46,621 nucleotides of DNA from Octopus sinensis (Eukaryota): NCBI RefSeq assembly GCF_006345805.1, contig NW_021835202.1:1-46621 (forward strand), in the 5' to 3' direction. The position numbers were made by a program, and so were the translations under genes. Position 1 is the stretch's first letter. The number at the start of each line of letters is the position of its first letter. Below are positions 1 through 12,038 of the stretch, piece by piece. The notes below the pieces were generated by a model, which saw only the letters and a program-made list of their open reading frames with translations, had not been told where the DNA came from and did not search any database.

Positions 1-1038
1 AGTAAAGAGGTATACCAAGAAAAGAGACAGAGTGGAGGAACCCTTCACAGTAGTAAACACGAGGAAGAGAAAGGAACGGGTGAATTCTCCCCCAGACAGT
101 CGAAAAAAGACTAAAGGATATTGTGATAGAAGAAAAGAGAAATAGGTGTGAAGCACCAACAGAAGCAGTAGTGAAAGAAGGCACACAGCGAAAAACAACA
201 GGGAAGAATAGGAAACATTCATAAAATTCGTTATGGTGTTTCTGTGCGCCCAAACAGATTAGGACGGGAGCCGAAGCAGGCAGAAGTGAAAAGGAAGAGA
301 TATAAGTGGCATTTGGTCACGTATACCAAAAGTAAAGAGATAGGGAAAACGATTGTAAAATATAAATCGGTAATAAGAGTAAAGCTGCCGCCAGGAAAAT
401 ACCTGGAATACACTAAAGGAATAGTCATAGATAAAGAGAGATGTCTGGACTTTTCATAGACCCGCTGGGGGTTGAAGTCAAGTTTGACGAGCTCCCACCG
501 GTCGTGGAATTAGAAGATTTGGGACCTTTTATGAACTTTTTAAAAATATATTTCTTTATTATCCACAAGGGGCTAAACATAGAGGGGACAAACAAGGACA
601 GACAAAGGGATTAAATCGATTACGTCGGCCCCAGTGCGTTAGTGGTACTTAATTTATCGACCCCGAAAGGATGAAAGGCAAAGTCGACCTCGGCGGAATT
701 TGATGAACTTTTTAAAAATAGGTAAGTAAAATTTGTACTTCACAAAAAAAGAGAAAAATAGACCGTTAAAATGTATAAAGAAAAAAAAAGAAAAAAATAC
801 GATACAAAAAAAAAGACAAAGACAAAGAAAAAGAACAAGCTAAAAAAAAAAAAAAGACTGTAAGAACGTTTAATTGTAAAAAAAGTAATCGCGGTTTCGT
901 TTCGGAGCGGGACCGAGAAAACCGTCTCATATTCATTGTAATTTAATTCATTGTAATTCATTCTTTCATATGTTTTTGTGTCCCGCATGTTTGTGTATGT
1001 CCTCTCTCTTTTCAGGCCTTGGGCCTATAATAAAGAGA
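1..1038 (+). mobile_element. 3' part of a decayed non-LTR-type element (ORF1-like coding remnant plus 3' UTR), interrupted by a SINE
   Basis: Broken frames read EEPFTVVNTRKRKERVNSP ... RVKLPPGKYLEYTKGIVIDKERCLDF(+1 shift)IDPLGVEVKFDELPPVVELEDLGPFMNFLKIGK* once the SINE at 549-702 is removed (stop at 727-729). The element ends TTCAGGCCTTGGGCCTATAATAAAG, which resembles SINE-B tails. Family assignment is inference. Confidence 0.4.
549..702 (-). mobile_element. SINE family B, 5'-truncated, with 18-bp target-site duplication
   Basis: Matches the full copy at 44496-44722. Flanked by the exact direct repeat ATGAACTTTTTAAAAATA at 531-548 and 703-720. Confidence 0.9.
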
Positions 1039-1096
1039 CAAACTCGTGATTGTCACAGAGATTTATTACTGCTTATATCTATATATATATATATAT

Positions 1097-1237
1097 GAAT
1101 AAAAAATGGAGTTAACGCAGGTGGAAACACATACACTTATCTATTTATATATACATATATATATATAATATATATGAATAAAAAATGGAGTTAACCGCAG
1201 GTGTAAACAATACACTTATCTATTTATATATACATAA
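1097..1237. repeat. Two-copy tandem repeat, period about 79 bp, in (TA)n
   Basis: GAATAAAAAATGGAGTTAAC...TACACTTATCTATTTATATATACATA starts at 1097 and at 1176. Confidence 0.85.
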
Positions 1238-1238
1238 T

Positions 1239-1287
<49 letters not shown>

Positions 1288-1739
1288 AGGAACTATTAGA
1301 CCTGACACTGTGTATTAACCGGTGTTGTTCAAACGATGAATAGTTTTGCGTAACCCATTGGTTCGCTTTGTTCTCTTACTTTATTATCTTCTTATAATCA
1401 TCTCATAATAATGACTTTTATGACTCGTATTACTACCTCAGTCAATCTAAATGTATATATTTGTCGTTACTTGTCATAAATAGCCTTTTTCTATTTGCAA
1501 TATGCATTTTCGTTGATGTTTCATATTTTACCCTTACATTTCCACGTGAATTTTATATTTTCTTTTCGTAAAAAATTTCTAATATATATATATATATATA
1601 TATAAACCCATCATACAAGTTGGTATTTTCGGCATCTGATGGAATAGGCTTTCTTTACGCGTTTATGAATCTCTTAACTCTATTTAACTGAGTCAGAGTG
1701 TTATTAAGCGAATATAGGGAAAATATATGTATGTATATA

Positions 1740-2148
1740 GGTGCAGGAGTGGCTGTGTGGTAAGTAGCTTGTTTACCAACCACATGGTGCCGGGTTCAGT
1801 CCCACTGCGTGGCACCTTGGGCAAGTGTCTTCTACTATAGCCTCGGGCCGACCAAAGCCTTGTGAGTGGATTTGGTAGACGGAAACTGAAAAGAAGCCCG
1901 TCGTATATATATGTATATATATATATATGCATGTGTGTGTTTGTGTGTCTGTGTTTGTCCCCACCTATCATTGCTTGGCAACCGATGCTGGTGTGTTTAC
2001 GTCCCCGTTACTTAGCGGTTCGGCAAAAGAGACCGATAGAATAAGTACTGGGCTTACAAAAGAATAAGTCCCGGGGTCGAGTTGCTCGATTAAAGGCGGT
2101 GCTCCAGCATGGCCGCAGTCAAATGACTGAAACAAGTAAAAGAGTAAA
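1740..2148 (+). mobile_element. SINE family A, full length (tRNA-like head, internal (TA)n/(TG)n, body, LINE-like tail)
   Basis: A-box-like TGGCTGTGTGG, B-box-like GGTTCAGTCCC, CCTTGGGCAAGT central motif, tail GGCGGTGCTCCAGCATGGCCGCAGTCAAATGACTGAAACAAGTAAAAGAG. Many copies in the window. Confidence 0.9.
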
Positions 2149-2588
2149 CGAGTATATTTTGATATTTGTCTGCATATCTGTGCGTATATATATTTAAGAA
2201 TGTGTTTGTGTGTGTACGGGTTCAATCGGCAAATTGGCAAAATTTGCTATCGTCAGACAATATTATTGGTGACGAAAAATCGTTTTCTTTTCTGAAGAAA
2301 AACTCTTTAGGCCACTTGATCTTGTGATCTTATTAGCTTTTGAAAATATTTACTTTTTTCACACAACTTTTCGTTCATGTCCAAAGTGATTTCATATTAT
2401 TCCCAAGCATATTCTATAGTATTTACAAAGTCTCTAGCAGTATAATATGTTTCGCCATAGCTGTTTGGTGCCGCTTATTTGGTATCGTCGGTTCGACGCT
2501 GGCTTATTTGACATCAGACGTTTAAATGTTTTGTTCGTTCTCTTCCTATCACTTCACTTTCTACTCTTAGTCTCTCGCACTCTCTCTC

Positions 2589-2637
<49 letters not shown>

Positions 2638-2959
2638 CTCTCCCTGTTTATCTGTGCCAGCATATGTATGATAACGGTACAATATGCACAATATGTGTGT
2701 ATGATAGGGAGGAAATTTTTCACTTCAGTCATGGTCCATTAATAAAATGATAATGCCTCTCTCTGTCCCTATAACCCATCTCTCACTCTCTCACACATAC
2801 GCACTATATATCTTTACATTTGTGAATATTTCTGTGTGTGCCTATGTGTCTTGCGTTCGTAGGTATGCGTGTATGTATGTGTGTGTCTCTATGCGTGTGT
2901 GAGTATTCGTGTCTGGGTGTGAGTGAGTGTGTACGTGTGCGGGTGTGTTTAACTTCGGT

Positions 2960-3268
2960 CATGAATGACCATGGGATTGCACCTAGAAAGTTACCCTCGA
3001 GCCACAAGTCCGAAAAAGGTTGTTTATGGCAGACCAGCAGTCGCCCACGCATACCAGCCGGCCCTCCTCTCCATGCCACTGGTGTTATCCAAGGGAAAGA
3101 CAAAGGCCGATACAGCTTGGCACCAGTGAAGTTGTGGTGAAAGAGTACAGCAGGGTTCACAACCACCCCCTGCCGGAGTCTCGTGGAGCTTTTGGTGTTT
3201 CCGCTCAATAAACACTCACAATGACCGGTCTGGGAATTGAAACCACGATCCTACGACTGCGAGTCCGA
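2960..3268 (-). mobile_element. SINE family C-related copy (shared head, divergent body)
   Basis: 3120-3268 matches the head and adjacent region of the copy at 43187-43478. The 2960-3120 boundary is uncertain. Confidence 0.7.
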
Positions 3269-3664
3269 TCTCTATAATATATATATATATATATACAATA
3301 TTCAAGTATGTTATCATTATCTTTAAAAAAAGAATTTCAGCAGGCACATTTTCACCGAAGCATTTATTTTTCTTCTTTTACTTCGGACTAAACGATCCAA
3401 CATAGTTTTTGTTTATTCAATTTCTATTGACTTATGGTTTCATCATAGATTACTTTGTGCTTTGGAGCACTCTCTAAGCTATCACTCACGGAGTCGCAAA
3501 TGGTACGTTTTGGGATGCTATCAGTTAATAAAAGAAGTAAGGCCGGGTGTGTGCGAGCGTGTGTGTGTGTGTGCGCGCGTGTGTGTTTTGTGTGTGTGCG
3601 TGTGTGCATCTAAGTATACAAGTATTTACATATGTAAATATATATATATATGTGTGCATATATA

Positions 3665-3826
3665 GGCACAGGAGTGGTGTGTGGTAAGTAGCTTGCTAAC
3701 CAACCTCATGGTTCCGGGTTCAGTCCTACTGCGTGGCACCTTGGGCGACTGTCTTCTACTATAGCCTGGGGCCGACCAAAGCCTTGTGAGTGGATTTGGT
3801 AGACGGAAACTGAAAGAAGCCCATCG

Positions 3827-3867
<41 letters not shown>

Positions 3868-4032
3868 ATGTGTCAGTGTTTGTCCGCCCACCGTCGCTTG
3901 ATAACCGATGCTGGTATGTTTACGTCACCGTAACTTGGCCGTTTGGCAAAAGAGACGATAAAGTAAGTACTAAGCTTACAAAGAAAGAAGTCCTGGGGTC
4001 GATTTGCTCGACTAAAGGCGGTGCTCCAGCAT
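3665..4032 (+). mobile_element. SINE family A, tail truncated after CCAGCATG
   Basis: Collinear with 1740-2148. Confidence 0.9.
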
Positions 4033-4433
4033 GTATATACATATATACAAACACACACAGATACACACACACACACACATACTATATATATATATATATA
4101 TAATATATGCCTACTTACTTTTCACCCACCCTGTATTCACAATGATATTTCCTCCACTCTCTCGCTCTCACTCCGTTTCTGTATGTGTGTGTGTGTTTGT
4201 GTGTATGTATGTATGCATGTATGTATGTATGTATGTATGTATGTATGCATGCATGCATGTATGTGTGTGTATATATATTTGTATGCATGCATGTATGTAT
4301 GTGTGTGTATATATATATGCATGCATGTATATATATATATATATATAAACACATACATATACGCTTGCTTATAGATATATATGAGTAATAGATACATATA
4401 CATGCAAGTACACACACGCACAGACACCCACAT

Positions 4434-4472
<39 letters not shown>

Positions 4473-4477
<5 letters not shown>

Positions 4478-4683
4478 CTTTCTACCCCAATGGGCTACAC
4501 AGAGGGGACAACAAGGACAGACAAAGGGATTAAGTCGACTACATCGACCCCATTGCGTAGCTGGTACTTAATTTATCGACCCCGAAGGGATGAAAGCAAA
4601 AGTCGACCTCGGCGGAATTTGAACTCGAACGTAACGACAGACGAAATACGGCTACGAATTTCGCCCGGCGTGCTAACGTTTCT
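4473..4683 (-). mobile_element. SINE family B, near full length
   Basis: Reverse complement of the 44496-44722 type, with B-box-like GAGTTCAAATTCC on the minus strand. Confidence 0.9.
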
Positions 4684-5873
4684 ATACCACCCCCCCTCGC
4701 CGCCTTTTATATATATATGTACATATGTATATATATGTGTGTGCGTATATAAGTATCCAAATGTCTGTAAGTGAGCTCCGCAAAAGTTGAAAAAAAAAAA
4801 AAAAAGAACCGCCCCTATAAGTCAAACCAATTGTGTATGGTATGTCGATAATAGAACGCTTTGATGCAATGGTGTAAGATCTTATGCTTCGATTGACATC
4901 TGATCAATGTATTGAATTCAAAAGTGCTTGAAGAATTTGTCAGGTTTTTCAGTACATATAGACCAATCGTTTACTTTTAAGAAAGTGTCTAAAAGTTCTC
5001 TTTTGTTTCCACAGGCAGTTTCTGAAAATATCAAAAACTTCACTTTAAGTTTTATTAAAAATATAAATAAAACAAAGATTAAGATCAGATACAAAACAGA
5101 GTAAAATAAAATTAAAAAGAAAGTATATAAAATACCAAAAAAATTTTCAGAATATAAAAATAAAATTAAATTAAATAGTCTTTAAAAATAGTATATATAA
5201 TAATTAAGGCAAAATAAAAAAAAATTGAGAAGAGAAAATTAGTTATTAACATTTTTTTTAGTTAACTTTTGTTGCTTGTTTTTCTTTTTATATTTTCTTA
5301 TTCTCTGTCTATCCCTCCTTATCTCTTTTACTCTTTCACTCGCTCTGCTTTTTTTTTTGTTATCATTGAAATTTTTTTATCTTTGAAATTTTCACTCACA
5401 CCCACACTCAATCAGTGAACGTAAATGCTAAGTCACGCATGTAAATTCACCTACATACACACAAAAATAATACCGACATACAACCACACGCTTAAACGCC
5501 CGCGGATCTACACACAATAATCTAATAAAAACACCTACGTAGACACACACATACATACACAGTTGCGAAGATACACGGAGCCTCATACGTCATGAATTAA
5601 TTATTGATTGAACTCACAGAGTTACCCGTAACTCCCTCGTTGTTCTCATTGTCTTTCTTGTTGACAAATTGTTTTAGACCGGTCTCAGTTTTAATCTCAG
5701 TTAAACTGTCTTAATATACAATCAAAGATATATTCGCGATTCTCCTACGGTTTAACCACGGTTCGTGTCAAAATCGAGCCCAACCCGAGTCAGTTAACTT
5801 GTGTGGATATGCAATAATCGCTATACATACATACATGCTTACATTAATGCATACATAGATATATGTATATATT

Positions 5874-5909
<36 letters not shown>

Positions 5910-5924
5910 CTCACGCACATATAT

Positions 5925-6090
5925 ATAGGGAGAGTTTACGAAAAAAACAAAAGACGAAGACAAGTGGTGTACAAAACAAACAGATGTATAGTATACCGCT
6001 CAGGAATAGAAGTCTTTTACGTTTCGAGCCTACGCTCTTCTACAGAAAGGACGCAGAAAAAACAAGGAAGAAAAGAATGTGTGTAGTGCT
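5925..6090 (-). mobile_element. Interspersed repeat family P2, (TA)n-flanked, with a hammerhead-like fold (possible Penelope-derived)
   Basis: Second copy at 43545-43730 on the opposite strand. Contains CTGTAGAA-GAGC-GTAG-GCTC-GAAACGTA. Confidence 0.6.
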
Positions 6091-6122
6091 AACGATCTAT
6101 ATATATATATTATATATATATA

Positions 6123-6158
<36 letters not shown>

Positions 6159-6292
6159 GTGCCCATTTTAAACACAAGAGAAAACTACCTTCAACAGGCA
6201 GTTTTTAACACGCTAGAATAGTCAAAACATATATATATGTATATATGTACACCTATCTCTCTATTTTATCCATATATCTCTCTCCCTCTCTT

Positions 6293-6357
<65 letters not shown>

Positions 6358-6367
6358 ATATCTATTC

Positions 6368-6547
6368 TCTTTTCTCTTTTACTTGTTTCAGTCATTTGAC
6401 TGCGGCCATGCTGGAGCACCGCCTTTAATCGAGCAACTCGACCCCGGGATTTATTCTTTTGTAAGCCCAGTACTTATTCTATCGGTCTCTTTTGCCGAAC
6501 CGCTAAGTAACGGGGACATAAACACACCAGCATTGGTTGTCAAGCAA
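6368..6547 (-). mobile_element. SINE family A, 3' body and tail
   Basis: Reverse complement of the 1965-2148 region. Confidence 0.9.
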
Positions 6548-6582
6548 TATATATATGTATATATGAAATATAATATAAATAT

Positions 6583-6740
6583 GGGCGTAGGAATGGCTGT
6601 GTGGTATGTAGGTTGTTAACCAACCACATGTTTCCGGGTTCAGTCCCACTGCGTTGCATCTTGGGCCATTGTCTTCTACTTAACCTCGGGACAAAAAAAG
6701 CCTTCTAAGTGGATTTTGTTGAAGGAAACGGAAAGAAACT
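6583..6740 (+). mobile_element. SINE family A head, diverged
   Basis: GGAATGGCTGTGTGG...CCGGGTTCAGTCCCACTGCG. Confidence 0.85.
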
Positions 6741-7324
6741 CAGTTGCGGTAGTGTGGTGGTGGTGAAGCTGGTGGTGTTGGGGGTTCTGGTGGTGGTGAA
6801 AATATTGTACTTGTCATCGTTGACGCTATATATGTATATACATGTTCTAACCGTTGTTTAGAATATTTCCATCTAGAGATGATGGAACTATTGATGCTCA
6901 CCGCCAAATTGATGATCAAAGACAAAATTGGAAGTCAGTGATCCATTTCCCACAGGTAAACACACACACACAGACATACACACGGACAAGCAGAAATATA
7001 GACATACGCACACACATGCACAGTCACGCACACATATAAACTCAAACTGAGAGAGAAAGGGAGGGAAGGAAGGAAGGAAAGAGGGAGGGAAAGAAGTAAG
7101 GAAAGAGGGATGGAAGGAAGAGAGGAGGGAAGGGGAAGGTAAGAGGGAGAAACTAACGTTTGTGATTTAGAAGCATTTTACTTGGGCAATTAAAAAAGGA
7201 ATTAATCTTTAATTTAGAATTTTCAAAATGTTTCTCGTAATTATATATATTTTTATATAAGTATATAAGTATATGAGTATGGGTGTGTACGTGTGTGTGC
7301 ATGTATATACATATGTATGTAATG

Positions 7325-7369
<45 letters not shown>

Positions 7370-7544
7370 GCATACACACAAACACATATATATACCTATA
7401 TATATATATATATAATTTATACGTATACATGTATATACATGTTGTTTATATTTCTACATACAGGCATACATAAAATGCATACTTATATACGTAAGGCTAT
7501 ATGTGTGTGTACGTGTGTGTGTGTGTGTGTGTGTTGCCCTCCAC

Positions 7545-8510
7545 ATGAATTTTGAGGGCCCCGTCCTTGCCCACTATCCTTTGTCTTCTGGTGCCGCTTG
7601 AATGATGGGCGCAATGTTCTGCCCGTGCTAATTTTTTTGTTGGTAGCAGGGTGTGTTACTTGCAGGATATTAATTTTATTTTCCCAGTTAAACAACAGGA
7701 CGGCCATCGCCCCTGCAGCAACAACCTACGGCGATACCTCTGTTACCCTGACACGGGACGTGCATCGCCCCATATACGCACCACTTCTTTTGTTTTCAAG
7801 GAGTTGACAGAGTGCTCGCAGGCATCTCTGTTGTTCTGGCTTCTATTGGGCCAAGTTTCCTTCCTTTTGTTATATAGCTAATATGTTTCCATATGGGTGC
7901 CAGGCATTTTTCAATTCTATTCTGTTCCATGTGCTTTATTTTTCTTTTCTTCTGGGAAGAACGCTTTGAATATAATTGTTTTTTGTTTGATCTCTTCCGT
8001 TGTGTTGGTGAGAGGTGATATTTTTACTTCACCCTCCTCCACTATCATTTTTTTAAACATTTCCTGGAGTTACCCCACTAGGATCTCCAGAATTTCCATT
8101 TGTACGGCGGCGACTGCCGCAAAACCTTTGGTAACTTGTTTTGGAGACTGGTTACCCTCCAAAGCCTCACATTCTTCGAGAGGGCATTTTTCTCTTATTA
8201 TTTCCACAGACATTTCGGTCGAGATTAATTAGAAAACGCACGAACACAGTTCCAAGATTTTAGGGGGGAATTAATAAGTTTAAATCCCACACCGGTCAGT
8301 GGGAGGGGCGCAGCTCAATGAAGCCCCCAAAACGGCTGAAAAATAGCTCATTTTTCCCAAAGGAAATACTATAGGATTCCTTTCTTTTTTTTTCTATTCA
8401 AAAAATTACTTCCTCTCAAGAGGAACAACAGTTCTAATCCCACCCGCGTCAGGCGGAGGCGCGCAGCTCAAATAAAGAGCCTAAAACGTCTGAATACAGC
8501 ATTGATTCAA
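7545..8510 (-). mobile_element. 5' part of a decayed LINE-like element: repeated-monomer leader plus disrupted ORF1-like frame
   Basis: The minus strand from about 8210 reads MSVEIIREKC...TEEIKQKTIIFKAFFPE.../MEQNRIEKCLAPIWKHISYITKGRKLGPIEAR..., with stops and frameshifts. Upstream are two related 58-bp blocks at 8283 and 8436. The ORF1 identity is inference. Confidence 0.4.
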
Positions 8511-8519
8511 AAGAAATTG

Positions 8520-9285
8520 TGAGTGGCTGTGTGGTAAGTAGCTTGCCTACCAACCACATGGTTCCGGGTTCAGTCCCACTGCGTGGCACCTAGGGCAAGT
8601 GTCTTCTACTATAGCCTCGGGCCGACCAAAGCCTTGTGAGTGGATTTGGTAGACGGAAACTGAAAGAAGCCCGTCGTATATATGTATATATATATATATG
8701 ATAGAAATATTAAAATTACTAAGTCTCTCTAAAAGAGAACAACGGCAGCGTTTCCGGAAAATAATAGTTATCGCCATACTAATATGGCATTCTTATAAAA
8801 ATAAGAATAAAGCTGTCCGCTTATTAGCTCCATGAGGCCATCGCCTTAAGTTAGCTATTTGATACACAAACTGTATCCATATAACCTTCGAACAAGGGAG
8901 GTCAGTCGCTCCACACTACTTGTTCGAAGGTTATATGGATACAGTTTGTGTATCAAATAGCTAACTTAAGGCGATGGCCTCATGGAGCTAATAAGCGGAC
9001 AGCTTTATTCTTATTTTTATAAGAATGCCATATTAGTATGGCGATAACTATTATTTATATATATATGTGCGTGTATGTTTGTGTGTCTGTGTTTGTCCCC
9101 TAGCATTGCTTGACAACCGATGCTGGTGTGTTTATGTCCCCGTCACTTAGTGGTTCGGCAAAAGAGCCGATAGAATAAGTACTGGGCTTACAAAAAGAAT
9201 AAGTCCCGGGGTCGATTTGCTCGACTAAAGGCGGTGCTCCAGCATGGCCGCAGTCAACTGACTGAAACAAGTAAAAAAAGTAAAA
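8520..9285 (+). mobile_element. SINE family A split by an insertion: head 8520-8685, body and tail 9062-9285
   Basis: Both halves match 1740-2148. About 360 bp of foreign sequence lies within the internal (TA)n linker. Confidence 0.85.
8759..9056. repeat. Perfect inverted repeat, 138-bp arms with 22-bp spacer
   Basis: 8759-8896 is the reverse complement of 8919-9056. The spacer is GGAGGTCAGTCGCTCCACACTA. Confidence 0.95.
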
Positions 9286-10804
9286 AAAGAGAAGTTGTTG
9301 TTGACAAACAACAGCAGTAATGTCATTCAGCTGAATATACGTCATTGATTGGTTGAAATTACCAAAATACTACATGAAATAATTTCCTAAATATAGGTTT
9401 TTCTCAAAAACGCTTAGAGAAAAAGATGGTTTATATGACACATTCTACCTGTGTCCGAAGTTTGAAAGTGTTTAGTTGCAAAAAATTATTTTTTAAATCT
9501 GTCGGTCAGAAGGTAAAGATCCCAAAATTTTGATAATTCTTAATCTGAATCCATTCAGAAAATAGGAATCAGAATCTGGTGTTTTCTGCGTTTTAGTTGA
9601 CTGTCGCGAAATAATGGTGGTGGTGGTGGTGGTTTATTTAGTGGTGATGGTGTTGGTGGTAGTCGTTGCGGCGGTGATAGTGTCACACTACTGCTTTGCT
9701 TCATCCTAAGGAAACAGACTCCAATGTGAGATTGGTGGTCTTGAGAGTTACAGGGAATTTCGATTGTCTAAAATTGCTCAAAATTTGCAAAACTTTAAAA
9801 GCTATTAACTTTTTATTTATTAATTCATGGCAAAAATGAATTTCATTATCATAATTATCATACAAAACTAAATCGATATAACCAAATCTGGAAACTATTG
9901 GAGCCAAATTGAAAAAAAAAAAATTGAAATGTGAGACTTGTGACAGCGACCGAAAAGATCTGAATTAATGTTTGCCTTCGCTTGGAAACTAAATCTGTTT
10001 CATTTCTTCTTTCATCATTTAGTAATTTGTTGGTTCTTTTAGATAGATGAAGAAGTCACCCAGCATAATGTAGCCATCCACCTTCTAGGAAATTAGTATT
10101 TTATATTCTGTTTTGTTGTTGATAATGCATGGTTGAAGTCTTTGCGAAATTACGCCCTAAAGGTTTTAAATTCACCTTTCATCCTCGCGGCGTCGATACG
10201 ATAAAGTGCCACACACGTAGTCGTATTGATTAAATTCTACTGCGCACCCATCCGTGAAACACGTGGCATTTTGCCACTCACTCGAAGAACCATTATCGTA
10301 TACATTAAATAGCCTTTACTCACATCATTTGATTGTTTAGTCCTTTATTGATCAGTCTATCGAGAAAATGTGTGGTTGTTAATCGCTTATCCATACCAAG
10401 GCTTTTCCTAAATTGGAAAATATTTTCAGTGCGTAACATTTATAAAAGGTGAGTAAATTTTTATTTTAATAATTCTCGCTCCATTTTGAAAAATATAACA
10501 GCAATTTCTCTTTCATTTTTGATTTTTTATCATTTTTTTATTCAACGCCTTTAGTTATTAACACCGTCTTCGACAATTCGATTATTTTCACAAGGTCTTG
10601 ATGCGCAACAGCATTTTAACCAGACAATTGTTTTCATTGTTTTTTTTTTTATGAAAATAATTTTTAGTAATAAAATGGACTTTATTTGAACATTTTAAAC
10701 ATTGTTTTGTTTCGACCTGATTGAAAATGGCGTCAAGTCAACTGAACGGCGCCGAGATAAAAATAAAATATAATGACTATGAACATACATAGCCAACGAT
10801 AATA

Positions 10805-10895
10805 TTCTTTATTGACCACAAGGGCTGAACACAAAACAAAAAAAAGGGACAATACAAAACACGAGAGGAGGGGACTTAGCACAAAAATCCATGTA
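10805..10895 (-). mobile_element. Short 3'-end fragment of a retroelement with a SINE-B-like tail
   Basis: The minus strand ends TTGTCCC...GTGTTCAGCCCTTGTGGTCAATAAAGAAT. Sequence upstream of the tail differs from SINE B. Confidence 0.5.
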
Positions 10896-11004
10896 TATGA
10901 TAAAACACGACGATACTCTCTTTAGAATGCGAGCTGTACACAAAAATACTGTCTTCTGGAACACATCGAGCCTAGCACCACCTCCACTATTCTTAATATG
11001 TTTT

Positions 11005-11050
<46 letters not shown>

Positions 11051-11084
11051 CATTATTATTATTAATAATAATAATAATAACTGA

Positions 11085-11600
11085 AAGACCAGCGCATGTC
11101 ATCTCAGTGACGCTGTGATACAAATAGACAAAACCCAATTCTGATGGAACGTGATAAAGATACGTCAGGCATTGTATCGCAACCATACGTGTGAGACATG
11201 GTGATCTAATATCGAGATAAGCAGCAAATGACCAATTAGAATTTTTTTCAGGTCGAGTAGCCCATCCTATTCAAAGCGTAAAGTATGTTCAAGGATGATA
11301 GACGAAACACCCATGTTTCCAGAAGAGGATTTTTCTAAGCCCCCACTAAATTCCCCTCAACTCATGGCTATGATGCACCTCCACCACTTCTGCTCGTAAT
11401 CAGAGGTGCACATTATCAGCCGCTAAGAGAGACGCTCAACTGGTTAAGGTCAAACAACTGACAAGCAAATCTGTGGTATTAAGCAGAATATTTGCTCAGC
11501 TTTTCTGCTCATCTTTTATTCCAAGTCAAAACTTGTACATAACAGTTCCAATCAGTTAAGATCAGAAGCTATGAGAGCCAGTGCCTGATACTGCAGGAGG
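11085..11600. mobile_element. Interspersed repeat family D, diverged copy
   Basis: Collinear with 13236-13563 (TTAGAATTTT..CAGGT.GAGTAGCCCATCC, CACCCATGTTTCCAGA, CATGGCTATGATGC). Class undetermined. Confidence 0.7.
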
Positions 11601-11638
11601 GCAAGAGTCACTGCCTGGTACTGTATCTGCTGCTACTG

Positions 11639-11677
<39 letters not shown>

Positions 11678-11697
11678 TTGTTGTTGTTGTTATCTAA

Positions 11698-11897
11698 GGC
11701 AGTGAACTGGTAGTATGCTTAGCAGCATTTCGTCCGTCTTTACGCACTATGTGCAAATTCCACCAAAGTCGACTTTGCTTTTCATGCTTTCGGAAACCTA
11801 TAAAATAAATACCGGTTGCCTACTGGGGTCGATATAACAAACTAGCCTCATCCCCTATATATATAAGTCTCGAGCTTATAGTAGAAAAATTATCATT
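11698..11897 (+). mobile_element. SINE family B, diverged
   Basis: GCATTTCGTCCGTCTTTACG...GTCGACTTTGCTTTTCAT...CTGGGGTCGAT. Confidence 0.75.
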
Positions 11898-12000
11898 ACT
11901 GCTGAAGTTATTTTCTATAGTATATACATAAATACATATATGTATATATATATACACACACATGTGCGCGCGCTTTTGTGTGTGTGTGGTGTGTGTGTGT

Positions 12001-12038
<38 letters not shown>

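Noticed and set aside
8826-8852. CCATGAGGC-CATC-GCC in the palindrome arms as a hammerhead
   Set aside because: The core lacks CUGA and no GAAA follows the small stem.
9930-9951. Resemblance to miR-210 (…TGTGACAGCGACC)
   Set aside because: Only the 3' half matches, the seed differs and no complementary arm for a pre-miRNA hairpin is nearby.
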